Below, piece after piece: positions 1 to 8,826 of a DNA stretch of 64,000 nucleotides. The position numbers and the translations under genes are program-made. This DNA is from a bacterium. GTDB taxonomy: Bacteria > UBA8248 > JACPRG01 > G963555815. The stretch covers positions 2,464,001-2,528,000 of the forward strand of contig OZ244653.1 of NCBI GenBank assembly GCA_965218795.1, given 5' to 3'. The notes under the pieces are model-generated. The model saw only the letters and a program-made list of their open reading frames with translations, did not search any database and had not been told where the DNA came from. Positions within the stretch are counted from its first letter, which is position 1. Each line of letters opens with the position of its first letter.

Positions 1-1
1 G

Positions 2-925
2 GGGCGCATTCCGCACGAACTGGGGCTGGGCGAACCCGTCGAGGAGACCGACGCTCATCGTTATGTGGCCCTGATGCGGCGCGCCATGGAGTGCATCGGA
101 ATCGATTACATGGTCGTGTTTCCCACGTCAATGCTCCAACTGGGAATGTCGCCCCAGCTTCCCATGCAGAACCTGCTCGCCAATGCCTTCAACCGCTTTT
201 TGGTGGATCACATGCTCAAGGTCGACCATCGAATCAAATCGTTGCTCTATCTGCCTTTTCACGATCCGGAGGCGTCGCTTCTCACCGTGGAGGAGTTTGG
301 TGAAGACCCTGGCGTGATTGGCTTCATGGTGACAAGCGTCCGAAACAAGCCCGTCCAGGACAATCAGTACATGAAGCTTTACGCCGCCCTGGAGGAACGG
401 GGCCTCCCCTTGGCGTTTCACGGCGGTTATTACTGGCACGAACCGGTGATGGAACAATTCCACCGGTTTCTGGGTGTCCACTCTGTGGGGTTCATCCTAT
501 GGAACCTGATTCACCTGGTCAACTGGGTGCTCCACGGAATCCCGGAGCGGTTTCCGAATCTCAAGACCATCTGGATTGAGAGCGGTCTTGCGTGGGTTCC
601 CTTCATCATGCAGCGCCTCGATAATGAGTATCTGCTCCGATCCTCCGAGGCACCGGCCCTGAAGCGACTGCCGAGCGAATACATTCGGGAGATGTACTTC
701 TCATCCCAGCCCCTGGAGCGGCAGAATTTAAAGGCACTGGAGCTAAACTTCGAGATGGTTGACGCCGAGAACCATCTGCTCTACGCCTCCGACTGGCCGC
801 ACCAGGACTTCGACCTGCCGAGCACGATCTTCGACCTCCCATTCTTATCCGACCAAGCGAAACGAAACATCCTGGGCGAGACCGCTTTGAAGCTGTTCAA
901 TCTGGATCGGCCCAAGGGGAAGTGA
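2..925 (+). CDS. Amidohydrolase_2 family protein (5'-partial, runs off window)
   Basis: Frame open from base 2 (GRIPHELG...); motifs PLAFHGG, IWIESGLAWVP, LLYASDWPH typical of ACMSD/LigW-like metal-dependent hydrolases/decarboxylases. Confidence 0.85.
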   Translation, partial: GRIPHELGLGEPVEETDAHRYVALMRRAMECIGIDYMVVFPTSMLQLGMSPQLPMQNLLANAFNRFLVDHMLKVDHRIKSLLYLPFHDPEASLLTVEEFGEDPGVIGFMVTSVRNKPVQDNQYMKLYAALEERGLPLAFHGGYYWHEPVMEQFHRFLGVHSVGFILWNLIHLVNWVLHGIPERFPNLKTIWIESGLAWVPFIMQRLDNEYLLRSSEAPALKRLPSEYIREMYFSSQPLERQNLKALELNFEMVDAENHLLYASDWPHQDFDLPSTIFDLPFLSDQAKRNILGETALKLFNLDRPKGK

Positions 926-1002
926 CCTGGATTCTCCCTCTTCTCATGAAGCTCACATGACATTCGGCCCTGAAGGACGAATAGAAGAACGTTATCGTAA
1001 GC

Positions 1003-1383
1003 ATGAGGAGTCCAAACGTGCCTGAGATTCATGTAGGGGCGGAGAACGAATACGGAGAGGGAGGGCGGAAGGTCATCACCACAGGCAACCTGGAAATCGG
1101 CGTATTTCGTATCAAAGGAGAATTCTATGCTTACGAGAATTTCTGCGCCCACATGGGAGGTCCGGTCTGCCAGGGGCGGATCTTCAAAAGAGTCGAAGAA
1201 AACGTGCAACCGGATGGAAAAAGCCTGGGCCTGAAGTTTTCGGAGGATCATACCCACATTGTGTGTCCCTGGCATGGCTATGAATATGACCTAGAGACGG
1301 GTTGTGTCCCTGCGAAACCAACATTGCGCTTGAGGAAAATCGAGGTCGTCCGGCGGGCTGGTGAAGTTTACGTCGTTGTGTAA
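1003..1383 (+). CDS. Rieske [2Fe-2S] ferredoxin
   Basis: NFCAHMGG and IVCPWHGYEYDL Rieske motifs. Confidence 0.92.
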   Translation: MRSPNVPEIHVGAENEYGEGGRKVITTGNLEIGVFRIKGEFYAYENFCAHMGGPVCQGRIFKRVEENVQPDGKSLGLKFSEDHTHIVCPWHGYEYDLETGCVPAKPTLRLRKIEVVRRAGEVYVVV

Positions 1384-1568
1384 GATACACTCAGGGATTA
1401 TCCACTTCAGCTCTTTTGAGATACGCTGCCGACAGCACGCTGATAAGGCTCGAGGGTAGTGCTTTCGGGGCTTGTTCCCAAAGCCCGTAGGAGACCTCGA
1501 CGGGCAAGTCTTGCCAAGCCTTTGATTTGACCAGTTCTGACTTAATAACCACCAGCGACGGGACACCC

Positions 1569-2915
1569 ATGAGCGACCTTTTGATTCAGAACGGCACGGT
1601 TCTGACGATGGTACCGGACGAGGAGGTGGTTTCGGGCGGCGCGGTCGCCATCCGAGACGGTCGCATCGCCGCGATCGGTAAGCCCGCGGACCTCAAGCGG
1701 ATGGGATTTGGGGAAGGCAAGACTCTGAACGCCCGAGGACAGGTGATCCTGCCCGGCTTGGTGAACCCCCACGTCCACGCGACCGGGGTTCTCCTCAAGG
1801 CGGTACCAAAGGCATCCTCCACCCGTTCTGCACGCCCCCGACTGCCGCGACTGCTGTTCGCCGAGGCCGATGCGTCCGAGACTGAGGTTCTGGCGAGGGC
1901 ATCCTTCCTAGAGGCCCTCAAGAGTGGTGTTACATCCCTGGGCCTTCTCGACCGTCACGCCTGCGGCCTTGTGGACACAATACATGAGTCGGGCCTTCGA
2001 GCGGTCCTGGCCGAAGCCTTGATGGAAGCCGATATGGTCTCCACTGAAAGCGGCTCCCCTCCTCAGCTGGATGCCAAGACGGGTGCGGCCCGACTAGACG
2101 CCGCCCTGGAATGGATGGATGCACTGAGCGCCGATGGATCCGGGCGATTGACATCGCTTCTAGGGATCAACTCGCCCGGCCTCTGCTCGGACGAGACCCT
2201 GGAGCGCGCGGCCAAGGAGGCCGAAGCCCGAAAGCTCGGTCTACACTATCATCTGGCGGTCTTCTCCGGAGAGACGGAGACCCTGCGCGCGCGGTCCGGC
2301 GGGGATTTGGTCGGATTCCTCCAGCGATTTGGTCTGTTGCGGTCCGATACCCTTCTGGTGGGCGGGAGTATCCTGAAGGAGGAGGAGATTGCCGGCCTTC
2401 GGGACTCCGCTGCGCAACTGGCCATTGTGCCCCGAGGAGACGCCGGCCGGGGGATCCGCATACCGGCGGCCGCACTCGTGCGCGGGAAGGTCCCCCTGGT
2501 CTTGGCGACGAACGGGATCGGCCACGATCTCTTCGCCGCCATGCGGGCCTTTCTGCTCACAGTCCGCCTCGACGCCGAAAGCGCAACGATTGTCCGCCCG
2601 GAAAACGCCCTCCAAATGGCCATACGCGATGGAGCGAGGGCGCTGAGGCTTTCGGGAAGTGTCGGCTCCATCGAGATCGGGAAAAAGGCGGACCTCATTT
2701 GCGTGACGCTCGATCCCGCTCGGTCCTCGCCTTTAGAAACGGACGATCCGGCAGCCATGGTCGTCGAGATCTGCGGCCCGGGGGATGTGACGGACGTGAT
2801 CGTCGACGGCGAGGTCGTGATGGAAGGCGGGAAGGTCAGAACCCTAGACGAGAAGGCTGTCCTCACGGAGGCGCGGAAGGTTGCCGCCGCCATCTGGAAG
2901 CGCGTGCTGGTATGA
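1569..2915 (+). CDS. Amidohydrolase (MTA/SAH deaminase-like fold) with degenerate catalytic residues
   Basis: N-terminal LLIQNGTVLTM, PGLVNPHVH, C-terminal GSIEIGKKADL; ATG at 1569 chosen as start. Confidence 0.8.
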   Translation: MSDLLIQNGTVLTMVPDEEVVSGGAVAIRDGRIAAIGKPADLKRMGFGEGKTLNARGQVILPGLVNPHVHATGVLLKAVPKASSTRSARPRLPRLLFAEADASETEVLARASFLEALKSGVTSLGLLDRHACGLVDTIHESGLRAVLAEALMEADMVSTESGSPPQLDAKTGAARLDAALEWMDALSADGSGRLTSLLGINSPGLCSDETLERAAKEAEARKLGLHYHLAVFSGETETLRARSGGDLVGFLQRFGLLRSDTLLVGGSILKEEEIAGLRDSAAQLAIVPRGDAGRGIRIPAAALVRGKVPLVLATNGIGHDLFAAMRAFLLTVRLDAESATIVRPENALQMAIRDGARALRLSGSVGSIEIGKKADLICVTLDPARSSPLETDDPAAMVVEICGPGDVTDVIVDGEVVMEGGKVRTLDEKAVLTEARKVAAAIWKRVLV

Positions 2916-3008
2916 TTCAAATGTAGACGCCTTTCATCGCCCGAAGCGGGTGTCGTGAACAAAATTTCTTAGGGAAGCATCCTGCAGAGAAAACGCGTTG
3001 AGGCTGTT

Positions 3009-3365
3009 TCATCTGGAAAGGCACCGGAGGGGAAATAGGCCCTGCACGCCGAATTCCGTAACTGGGCGCTGCTGGTTCGAAGGGGAGAACGCTTCCAACA
3101 GGAGAGGCTCCAGCGCGTTGGAGCGCATTACTTGTCGTTTCGATTGGGACTTCGCTGTGATCCGCCCCTTTTTGATGACGTAAAGGCAATCCGGCCTGAG
3201 GCGAAAAGCGTTCCAGACGCTTTGCGTATCGAGGATGACCATGTCCGCCCGATTGCCGACTTCCAGATCGTAGGTCTTCTGATACTTTCGCGTCTGAAGG
3301 ACGTGCTCCCCGACGTCGGAGTAATAATCGGGGTGATAGACGTAAGCCGGACGGGGAAGGGGCAC
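3009..3365 (-). pseudogene. Chimeric remnant: histone deacetylase-family N-terminus joined to cytosine deaminase-like C-terminus
   Basis: YVYHPDYYSDVGEHVLQTRKY (HDAC-like start) runs directly into LEVGNRADMVILD...LYVIKKGRI (CodA-type amidohydrolase end). Confidence 0.6.
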
Positions 3366-3439
3366 CGGAGCGCCTCTCGCAAAAAAGAAGATCGACCCGG
3401 CAACTCCGCCGGACCGGGCCTGTTCTCTCTATACTTGAG

Positions 3440-4090
3440 CTACTCGATATTGAAATCGGGCAAGGCGTAGGGGTAGGCATTGCGAACCCGGTCGCATTTT
3501 TCCTGGCCGAGTTTTCGGATGGCCTCCTGCATTTCATCCGAGGTCGCGTGGCGCTCGAGGATCAGGCGGCCGTTCCGGACGTGTGTCCCTTCGTGGACCA
3601 GCATTTCGTCTCTGACCACAATGGCCGAGCGCTCGTCCAGCACCTCGACCATCTTCCGGAAGGTGTGAATCAGAATCGTTTCCCCGAAGATCTGAAGCGA
3701 GGCGGCGATCTGCCAATACTCAGGAAGGAACGTGATGTTGTACATCGCGAGATCTTCGGGCGAGGGCTGATAAGCCTGGAGGTCGCCGTTCCCCCCCAGT
3801 TCTTCCGCCCGCTCCGCGCAAACCTTCCAATGAAGGAGCTCTTCGGCCAGCTGGCGCGCCAGGAGAACTTTGATGTCCGCATCCTCGTCGGGCAGTTGAT
3901 CGATCTCCCGCGCAACGGTGGGGACGCCCAGATAGAACTCCCGCCAGGCCTGGGTTTCCATGAGGCGGCGGTTTTGGTCATGGTCCATCTGAGAAGTCCA
4001 TTCCGACAGAATGTGCTCGTCCATGTAGGCCCCGAATCCCTCGGCCTGTTGGATCATGCTTTTTGCAAAAGCATAGCTGTTCATCGCCAT
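3440..4090 (-). CDS. Ferritin-like (di-iron four-helix bundle) protein
   Basis: Two spaced ExxH motifs (EELLHW, EGTHV) with intervening E ligands; start at MAMNSY. Confidence 0.7.
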   Translation of the reverse strand: MAMNSYAFAKSMIQQAEGFGAYMDEHILSEWTSQMDHDQNRRLMETQAWREFYLGVPTVAREIDQLPDEDADIKVLLARQLAEELLHWKVCAERAEELGGNGDLQAYQPSPEDLAMYNITFLPEYWQIAASLQIFGETILIHTFRKMVEVLDERSAIVVRDEMLVHEGTHVRNGRLILERHATSDEMQEAIRKLGQEKCDRVRNAYPYALPDFNIE

Positions 4091-4283
4091 CAATGACTCT
4101 CCGGTTTGGCGATTGGGTCCGGCGCGAATTCCGAGACGATGCCCCTCGTCCCGCACGAATTCATCCCGCGAATCGCCGTTTGTCAAGTAATCTCCGCAGG
4201 ATTGTACCACAATGTTCGGGAGGGCGGGGACGGGGCCCCTTTGACCCGGTTCCGCGGGCTCGGGCAAGCAGGGATTTCCCCTT

Positions 4284-4793
4284 TTACGAGGTGTAAGGCG
4301 TCCCGAAGCGCTCTTTGTGCGCGACCTCCGCCAGGGGCTTGCGGTCTTTTTTCCCGTGAAGGGTGTGGCGGACCGGAAATCCGAACGGCAGGATGGTGAT
4401 GAGGTCGGCGGCGTCCGGAATGTTCAGAAGCGGTTTGATCCGATCCCGCTCGATGCCGCCGACCCAGCAGGTCCCGAGCCCCTCCGCCCAGCCCGCCAGG
4501 ATCATGTTCATGACGGCCCTGGAGGCGTCAATCTGCGCCATCTTGGCACCGTGCATGACGACAACGACCGCCATCGGTGCGCCGCTGATGAACCCCCCCG
4601 AAGGGGAGAGCCCGCCGATTCGGTTCAGGGTGTCTGGATCGCGGACGACGATGAAGTGCCACTGCTGACGGTTGCGCTGACTCGGAGAGAGCCGCCCGGC
4701 TTCCAGGATCTTCAGAACGGACTTTTCGGGGACAGGGTCGGGTTTGAATTCGCGGACCGCGTAGCGCGTCCGGATGGCTTCGTGGACGTCCAT
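4284..4793 (-). CDS. Nitroreductase family protein
   Basis: AIRTRYAVREF, RLSPSQRNRQQWHF, EGLGTCWVG. Confidence 0.9.
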   Translation of the reverse strand: MDVHEAIRTRYAVREFKPDPVPEKSVLKILEAGRLSPSQRNRQQWHFIVVRDPDTLNRIGGLSPSGGFISGAPMAVVVVMHGAKMAQIDASRAVMNMILAGWAEGLGTCWVGGIERDRIKPLLNIPDAADLITILPFGFPVRHTLHGKKDRKPLAEVAHKERFGTPYTS

Positions 4794-4801
4794 GGCTTCC
4801 C

Positions 4802-5500
4802 CTAGAGTTCGGTTCCCTTGGTTTTCAACCGCTCTTCGATGGCCTGGATGTATTGCCTGGCGGATTGAGAATAAGGAACGATGTTCAGCGTGTCCCGGAA
4901 GGCATCGAGGGCGCTGGAGAGATCGTTCAACCCGATGTAGTTGAGTCCTTTGCCGAACAGGGCTCCGAAGTGATAGGGATTGAGCCGAAGGGTGACGTCG
5001 CAATCCTCCAGTGATTCTTTGTACTGGCCGGCGAGGTAGAGGGCGGTGGCCCGCTTGTTATATCCCTCGGCGAATTCCGGCGCCCGTTCGATGACCCTCG
5101 TGAAGGCATTGATGGAGTCATGAAGCCGTCCGTCCGCCATGAGCTCCATCCCCAGGTAGAGGATCCGGTCGGTCTCCTGATCGCCCGATCGGAGCCAGAT
5201 CAGCCACATGGATTTCTCGGCCTCTTTGCGCACCGACTCGTTGGCATCGGCGAGGGAGGGCGCGAGGGGCTCGACCACCGATATGTCGCCTTTCCGCCCC
5301 AGAGATTCAACCGCGATCCGGCGCTTTTCGGGATCTGTATCCTTCAACCCCTTGAGGGCTTCCATGATGCGCTCCTTGGGCTGGCCGCCTTTCCTGTTCT
5401 GATCCGCCCAAGCGCCCGCCGCAGGCGCGCCGAGCCATCCAAGCGCCCCCACCCAAATCAGGGCGAAACCCGCGGTTGTCTTGAGAGAGATTCTTCTCAC
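4802..5500 (-). CDS. Secreted HEAT-repeat + TPR protein
   Basis: Signal-like N-terminus, HEAT repeats (LKDTDPEKRRIAVESLG), TPRs (PEFAEGYNKRATALY, LNPYHFGALFGKG); GTG start overlaps upstream stop. Confidence 0.8.
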   Translation of the reverse strand: MRRISLKTTAGFALIWVGALGWLGAPAAGAWADQNRKGGQPKERIMEALKGLKDTDPEKRRIAVESLGRKGDISVVEPLAPSLADANESVRKEAEKSMWLIWLRSGDQETDRILYLGMELMADGRLHDSINAFTRVIERAPEFAEGYNKRATALYLAGQYKESLEDCDVTLRLNPYHFGALFGKGLNYIGLNDLSSALDAFRDTLNIVPYSQSARQYIQAIEERLKTKGTEL

Positions 5501-6030
5501 GGTCTTGTGACGGCCCCTTGACCGGCGGACCGGACCAGGGGCTGCTCCACAGCGCACCGGAACCCCTTGACCGCGTTCTTCCATTCGGGACGGTACCGGT
5601 GTGTGCACTCGCAAACGCTCATCGGCCCGCAGAGGAGTTTCCACCCGCTCTGATCCGTACTCGACCACTCCCAGATGTCCCCTTTCTTGGGAAACCCTTT
5701 CTTGCGGCAGGCACCCATCCACTCCTCCTGACTGGGCAGGCGTTTTCCCTTCCAAAGGCAATAATCCCGCGCATCGTACCAATTGACCATCGTCACTGGG
5801 TGATCGTCCGCGTCCTTGGGGTAACGGCCTTTGCTCCAATGATCCGGGGCCGCCCGTCCGGTGACGAGCGTGAATTCCAGGTACTCCCGGTTGGTGACCT
5901 CGCCTTGGTCCGGATGGGATGGGGACTGAGCCCGGACGAGGCTCACGGACGCGGTGATCAGACCAACCGATGCGACGAAGCCGGTCGCGGCGCGAATGCC
6001 CGAGAAGGTTAGCCATTTCAAGAATTGCAT
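5497..6030 (-). CDS. Small FGE-sulfatase/SUMF1-domain protein
   Basis: EVTNREY, HPVTMVNWYDARDYC, KRLPSQEEW, GDIWEW, GFRCA. Confidence 0.8.
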   Translation of the reverse strand: MQFLKWLTFSGIRAATGFVASVGLITASVSLVRAQSPSHPDQGEVTNREYLEFTLVTGRAAPDHWSKGRYPKDADDHPVTMVNWYDARDYCLWKGKRLPSQEEWMGACRKKGFPKKGDIWEWSSTDQSGWKLLCGPMSVCECTHRYRPEWKNAVKGFRCAVEQPLVRSAGQGAVTRP

Positions 6031-6100
6031 GATGAAGTCCCCCGCACCTCCCCTATTGTAGCACGCTCCCCGTTTGCACATCGGTGGGTCGGGGGGATTC

Positions 6101-6318
6101 CTATCCCTCATCCAAGCCGTATCGGCGGAGTTTTTTTGAAAGGCCCAACCGGCTGAGCCCGAGCGCCTCCGGGTGGATGCCCGCGACGTTCTTGCCAGTG
6201 CGCCCGGATGCCTCCAGCAGGAAATGCTGAGTGAGGAGCGGGATGTCTTCCCGGCGTTCCCGCAGAGCGGGGAGCGCGATGTGAAAGACGTTGAGCCGGT
6301 AAAAAGGGTTCGCGCTGG
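6101..6318 (-). pseudogene. Sigma54-dependent (NtrC-type) activator remnant, internally deleted
   Basis: Frame missing from the ORF track reads FYRLNVFHIALPALRERREDIPLL...IHPEALGLSRLGLSKKLRRYGLDEG*. Confidence 0.8.
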
Positions 6319-6697
6319 TACAAAGGTGTCTGTTGAATGGGATGGATTGCAGGCAGAGGGAACCGAGAGGCGAGGGTCCGTCATTTCCGGACGCCTGCAG
6401 GCGTCCGGCCCCCTATTCCATCGGGCTGGAAAGGTTTGACAAGACGGAGGGGATGGTTTCAGATGCAATCAATCGACAAAAAGGACCGGAAGGCGAATCT
6501 TTGAGGGTGGCATGGGGACTTCCGGTGAACAGGGAGTTGTCGAACCTTTCTTTGTTTCCGGCACCCAGGGCCGAATGATAGTGAAAAGCCTGATTTTCCC
6601 TCGCCCCCTCTTCGGCGATCTTGAGGGCGGCGTCAAGCCCTGACCGGCTTTTCTTTCAGCAAGAGGGGAAACATACCGGACATCAGGAACCTCACCC

Positions 6698-7645
6698 GTG
6701 TCCCTCTCACTGTTTTTCGACATCTCGCTGCTCCAGCTGATGATGGTCATGATGGCCCCCCTGATCCTGGCGTGTCTCGGCGAGACCCTGATCGAGCATT
6801 CGGGAATCCTGAACCTCGGCATTGAGGGCATCGTCACCGTGGGCGCGGTCACTGGATTTCTGGGGACATACTGGACGGGAAGCGCCGTCCTGGGTTGTCT
6901 CCTCGCCATGGTGACCGGGTCAATCCTCGCTTCCTTCGTGGCTTACTTCGCCATCACGCTACGGACAAACCAGATCATTCTGGGCTTGAGCATATTTGTT
7001 TTCGGTTTGGGGCTCTCGCCCTTTTTCTATCGGTTGGCCATCGGCGTGGTATCATCTCCACCGCAGGTCCCCACACTGCCGATCATCAAGGCGCCGCTCT
7101 TGGGCGACATTCCCTTTCTGGGTGAGGCCTTCTTCCAGCAGAACCCCCTTGTGTACACCTCCTATGTCCTGGTCGCGGCCATGAGCGTCTTCCTCTTCAA
7201 AACACCCCTGGGCCTCCGCATCCGATCGTGCGGGGAAAACCCGCGGGCGGCGGATACCCTGGGGATCAATGTCGTGTCCTTGCGCTACGGCGCCTGTGCC
7301 GTCGGGGGCATGTTGCTGGGCCTCGGGGGGGCCTACCTCCCTCTCGTGATCACTGGGGCCTTTACGGACAATATCGTCAACGGACGCGGTTGGCTCGCGT
7401 TCATGCTGGTCATCTTCGGCCGGTGGGTCCCTCTGTGGTCGTTTCTGGGCGCGGTCCTGTTCGCCTACGTGGACGCCTTTCAGTTCAAGGTCAGCTCGCT
7501 TCCGGATGTCGCCCGGCTCATCCCCCCCCAATTTCTTTTGATGCTCCCCTATCTGTTTGCTCTCTTGTTATTGGTCCGAGTCGCCCGGGGCGCGGAGGCC
7601 CCACGGGCCCTGGCACGCCCGTACGACCGGGAGGCCAGGGAATAA
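6698..7645 (+). CDS. ABC transporter permease (BMP/nucleoside type)
   Basis: EHSGILNLGIEG, GLRIRSCGENPRAADTLGINV, GRGWLA. Confidence 0.9.
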   Translation: MSLSLFFDISLLQLMMVMMAPLILACLGETLIEHSGILNLGIEGIVTVGAVTGFLGTYWTGSAVLGCLLAMVTGSILASFVAYFAITLRTNQIILGLSIFVFGLGLSPFFYRLAIGVVSSPPQVPTLPIIKAPLLGDIPFLGEAFFQQNPLVYTSYVLVAAMSVFLFKTPLGLRIRSCGENPRAADTLGINVVSLRYGACAVGGMLLGLGGAYLPLVITGAFTDNIVNGRGWLAFMLVIFGRWVPLWSFLGAVLFAYVDAFQFKVSSLPDVARLIPPQFLLMLPYLFALLLLVRVARGAEAPRALARPYDREARE

Positions 7646-7698
7646 CGGAGATCGCGTGGTGGTCCTTGATGGGTGGTTTTTCTGAAAGGAGAGGAACG

Positions 7699-8700
7699 AT
7701 GAATCAGTTACGCAGAAGTTCGCTATTCGTGTTCGTCATTCTGCTCGGCTGGGTTCTCGGTTCAGTGGGGAGCCCTGCGCCGGCACAGGCGCAAAAGCAC
7801 AGGTTTGCGATGATCCTGCCAGGACCCATCGAGGATTCAGACTACAACTTCAAAGGTTACGAAGTCGTCCTGGACGTCAAGCAGCGTTTCAATATCCCGG
7901 CCTCGTTCTCCGAGCGAATTTCTCCGCCGGACGCAGAACGCGTCGCGCGCGAGTACATCGCCTCCGGCCACAACATTGTCGCTTTCCACGGCGGGCAATA
8001 CATTCGGGTGATCAAGAAGATTGCACCCAAATTCCCGAATGTAAACTTCATCATGGAAAGCTCGGGGAAATTCCCCGTTCCCGGGAACGTCTGGAATATC
8101 GGTCGTCGGTACCCCGAAGCCTTGCACGCTTTCGGAATCCTCGCCGGCATGACAACGAAGAGCAACAAGGTGAGCGTGATTGCAGGGATTCCCCTTCCGG
8201 ACTTCAAAGGGTCCATCAATTCCATCTGGGACGCCATGAAGGAAGTCAACCCCAAGGCTGAACTCGTTTACGCCTTCACCGGAAACCAGAACGACCCGGT
8301 CAAGGCCCGCCAGACGGCTGAGGCCCAGATCGCATCGGGCGTCGACTTCATCATCAACCTGGTGAATCTCGGCGTGTACGGCGTCATCGAGGCGGCGAAG
8401 AAATCCAAGAAGCAGGTTCTCATCACCACCTATTACACGGATAAGTCAGACAAGGCTCCCAACCATTTCGCCGGCACGCTGCTCATCGATTTTCGCCTAC
8501 CCTACCGGGTAGCGATCGAGGGCATCCTCAAGGGCCAAAAAGGCGGATACGTATCGATGCGCCCGGGGAACGGCTTCGAGCTGGCCTCCCTGAACAACGT
8601 GTCCATCGAGGCGGCAAAAGCCACTGAGAAACGGTTTGGCCAAGTGGTCCGGAACGAGGTCAAGCCGCGTTATGAAGTCAAGGCCGTCAACCTGAGGTAG
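7699..8700 (+). CDS. BMP family ABC transporter substrate-binding protein
   Basis: Signal peptide, LPGPIEDSDYN, AGMTTKSNKV; AGGAGAGG RBS upstream. Confidence 0.88.
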   Translation: MNQLRRSSLFVFVILLGWVLGSVGSPAPAQAQKHRFAMILPGPIEDSDYNFKGYEVVLDVKQRFNIPASFSERISPPDAERVAREYIASGHNIVAFHGGQYIRVIKKIAPKFPNVNFIMESSGKFPVPGNVWNIGRRYPEALHAFGILAGMTTKSNKVSVIAGIPLPDFKGSINSIWDAMKEVNPKAELVYAFTGNQNDPVKARQTAEAQIASGVDFIINLVNLGVYGVIEAAKKSKKQVLITTYYTDKSDKAPNHFAGTLLIDFRLPYRVAIEGILKGQKGGYVSMRPGNGFELASLNNVSIEAAKATEKRFGQVVRNEVKPRYEVKAVNLR

Positions 8701-8826
8701 CCTTTTCGGGCTCGACGCGGCAGTGGGGCCGGGGTCTGTGGACCTTACGGGGCTGCTCCTCCGTCCCGGGTTCCGGGGAATGGATAGTGGCCCCGGAAGA
8801 CCCGGGACCGATTCATAAGGGGATTC

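Noticed and set aside
7228-7698. N-terminal extension of the BMP protein
   Set aside because: Overlaps the permease in another frame; RBS and signal peptide support ATG 7699.
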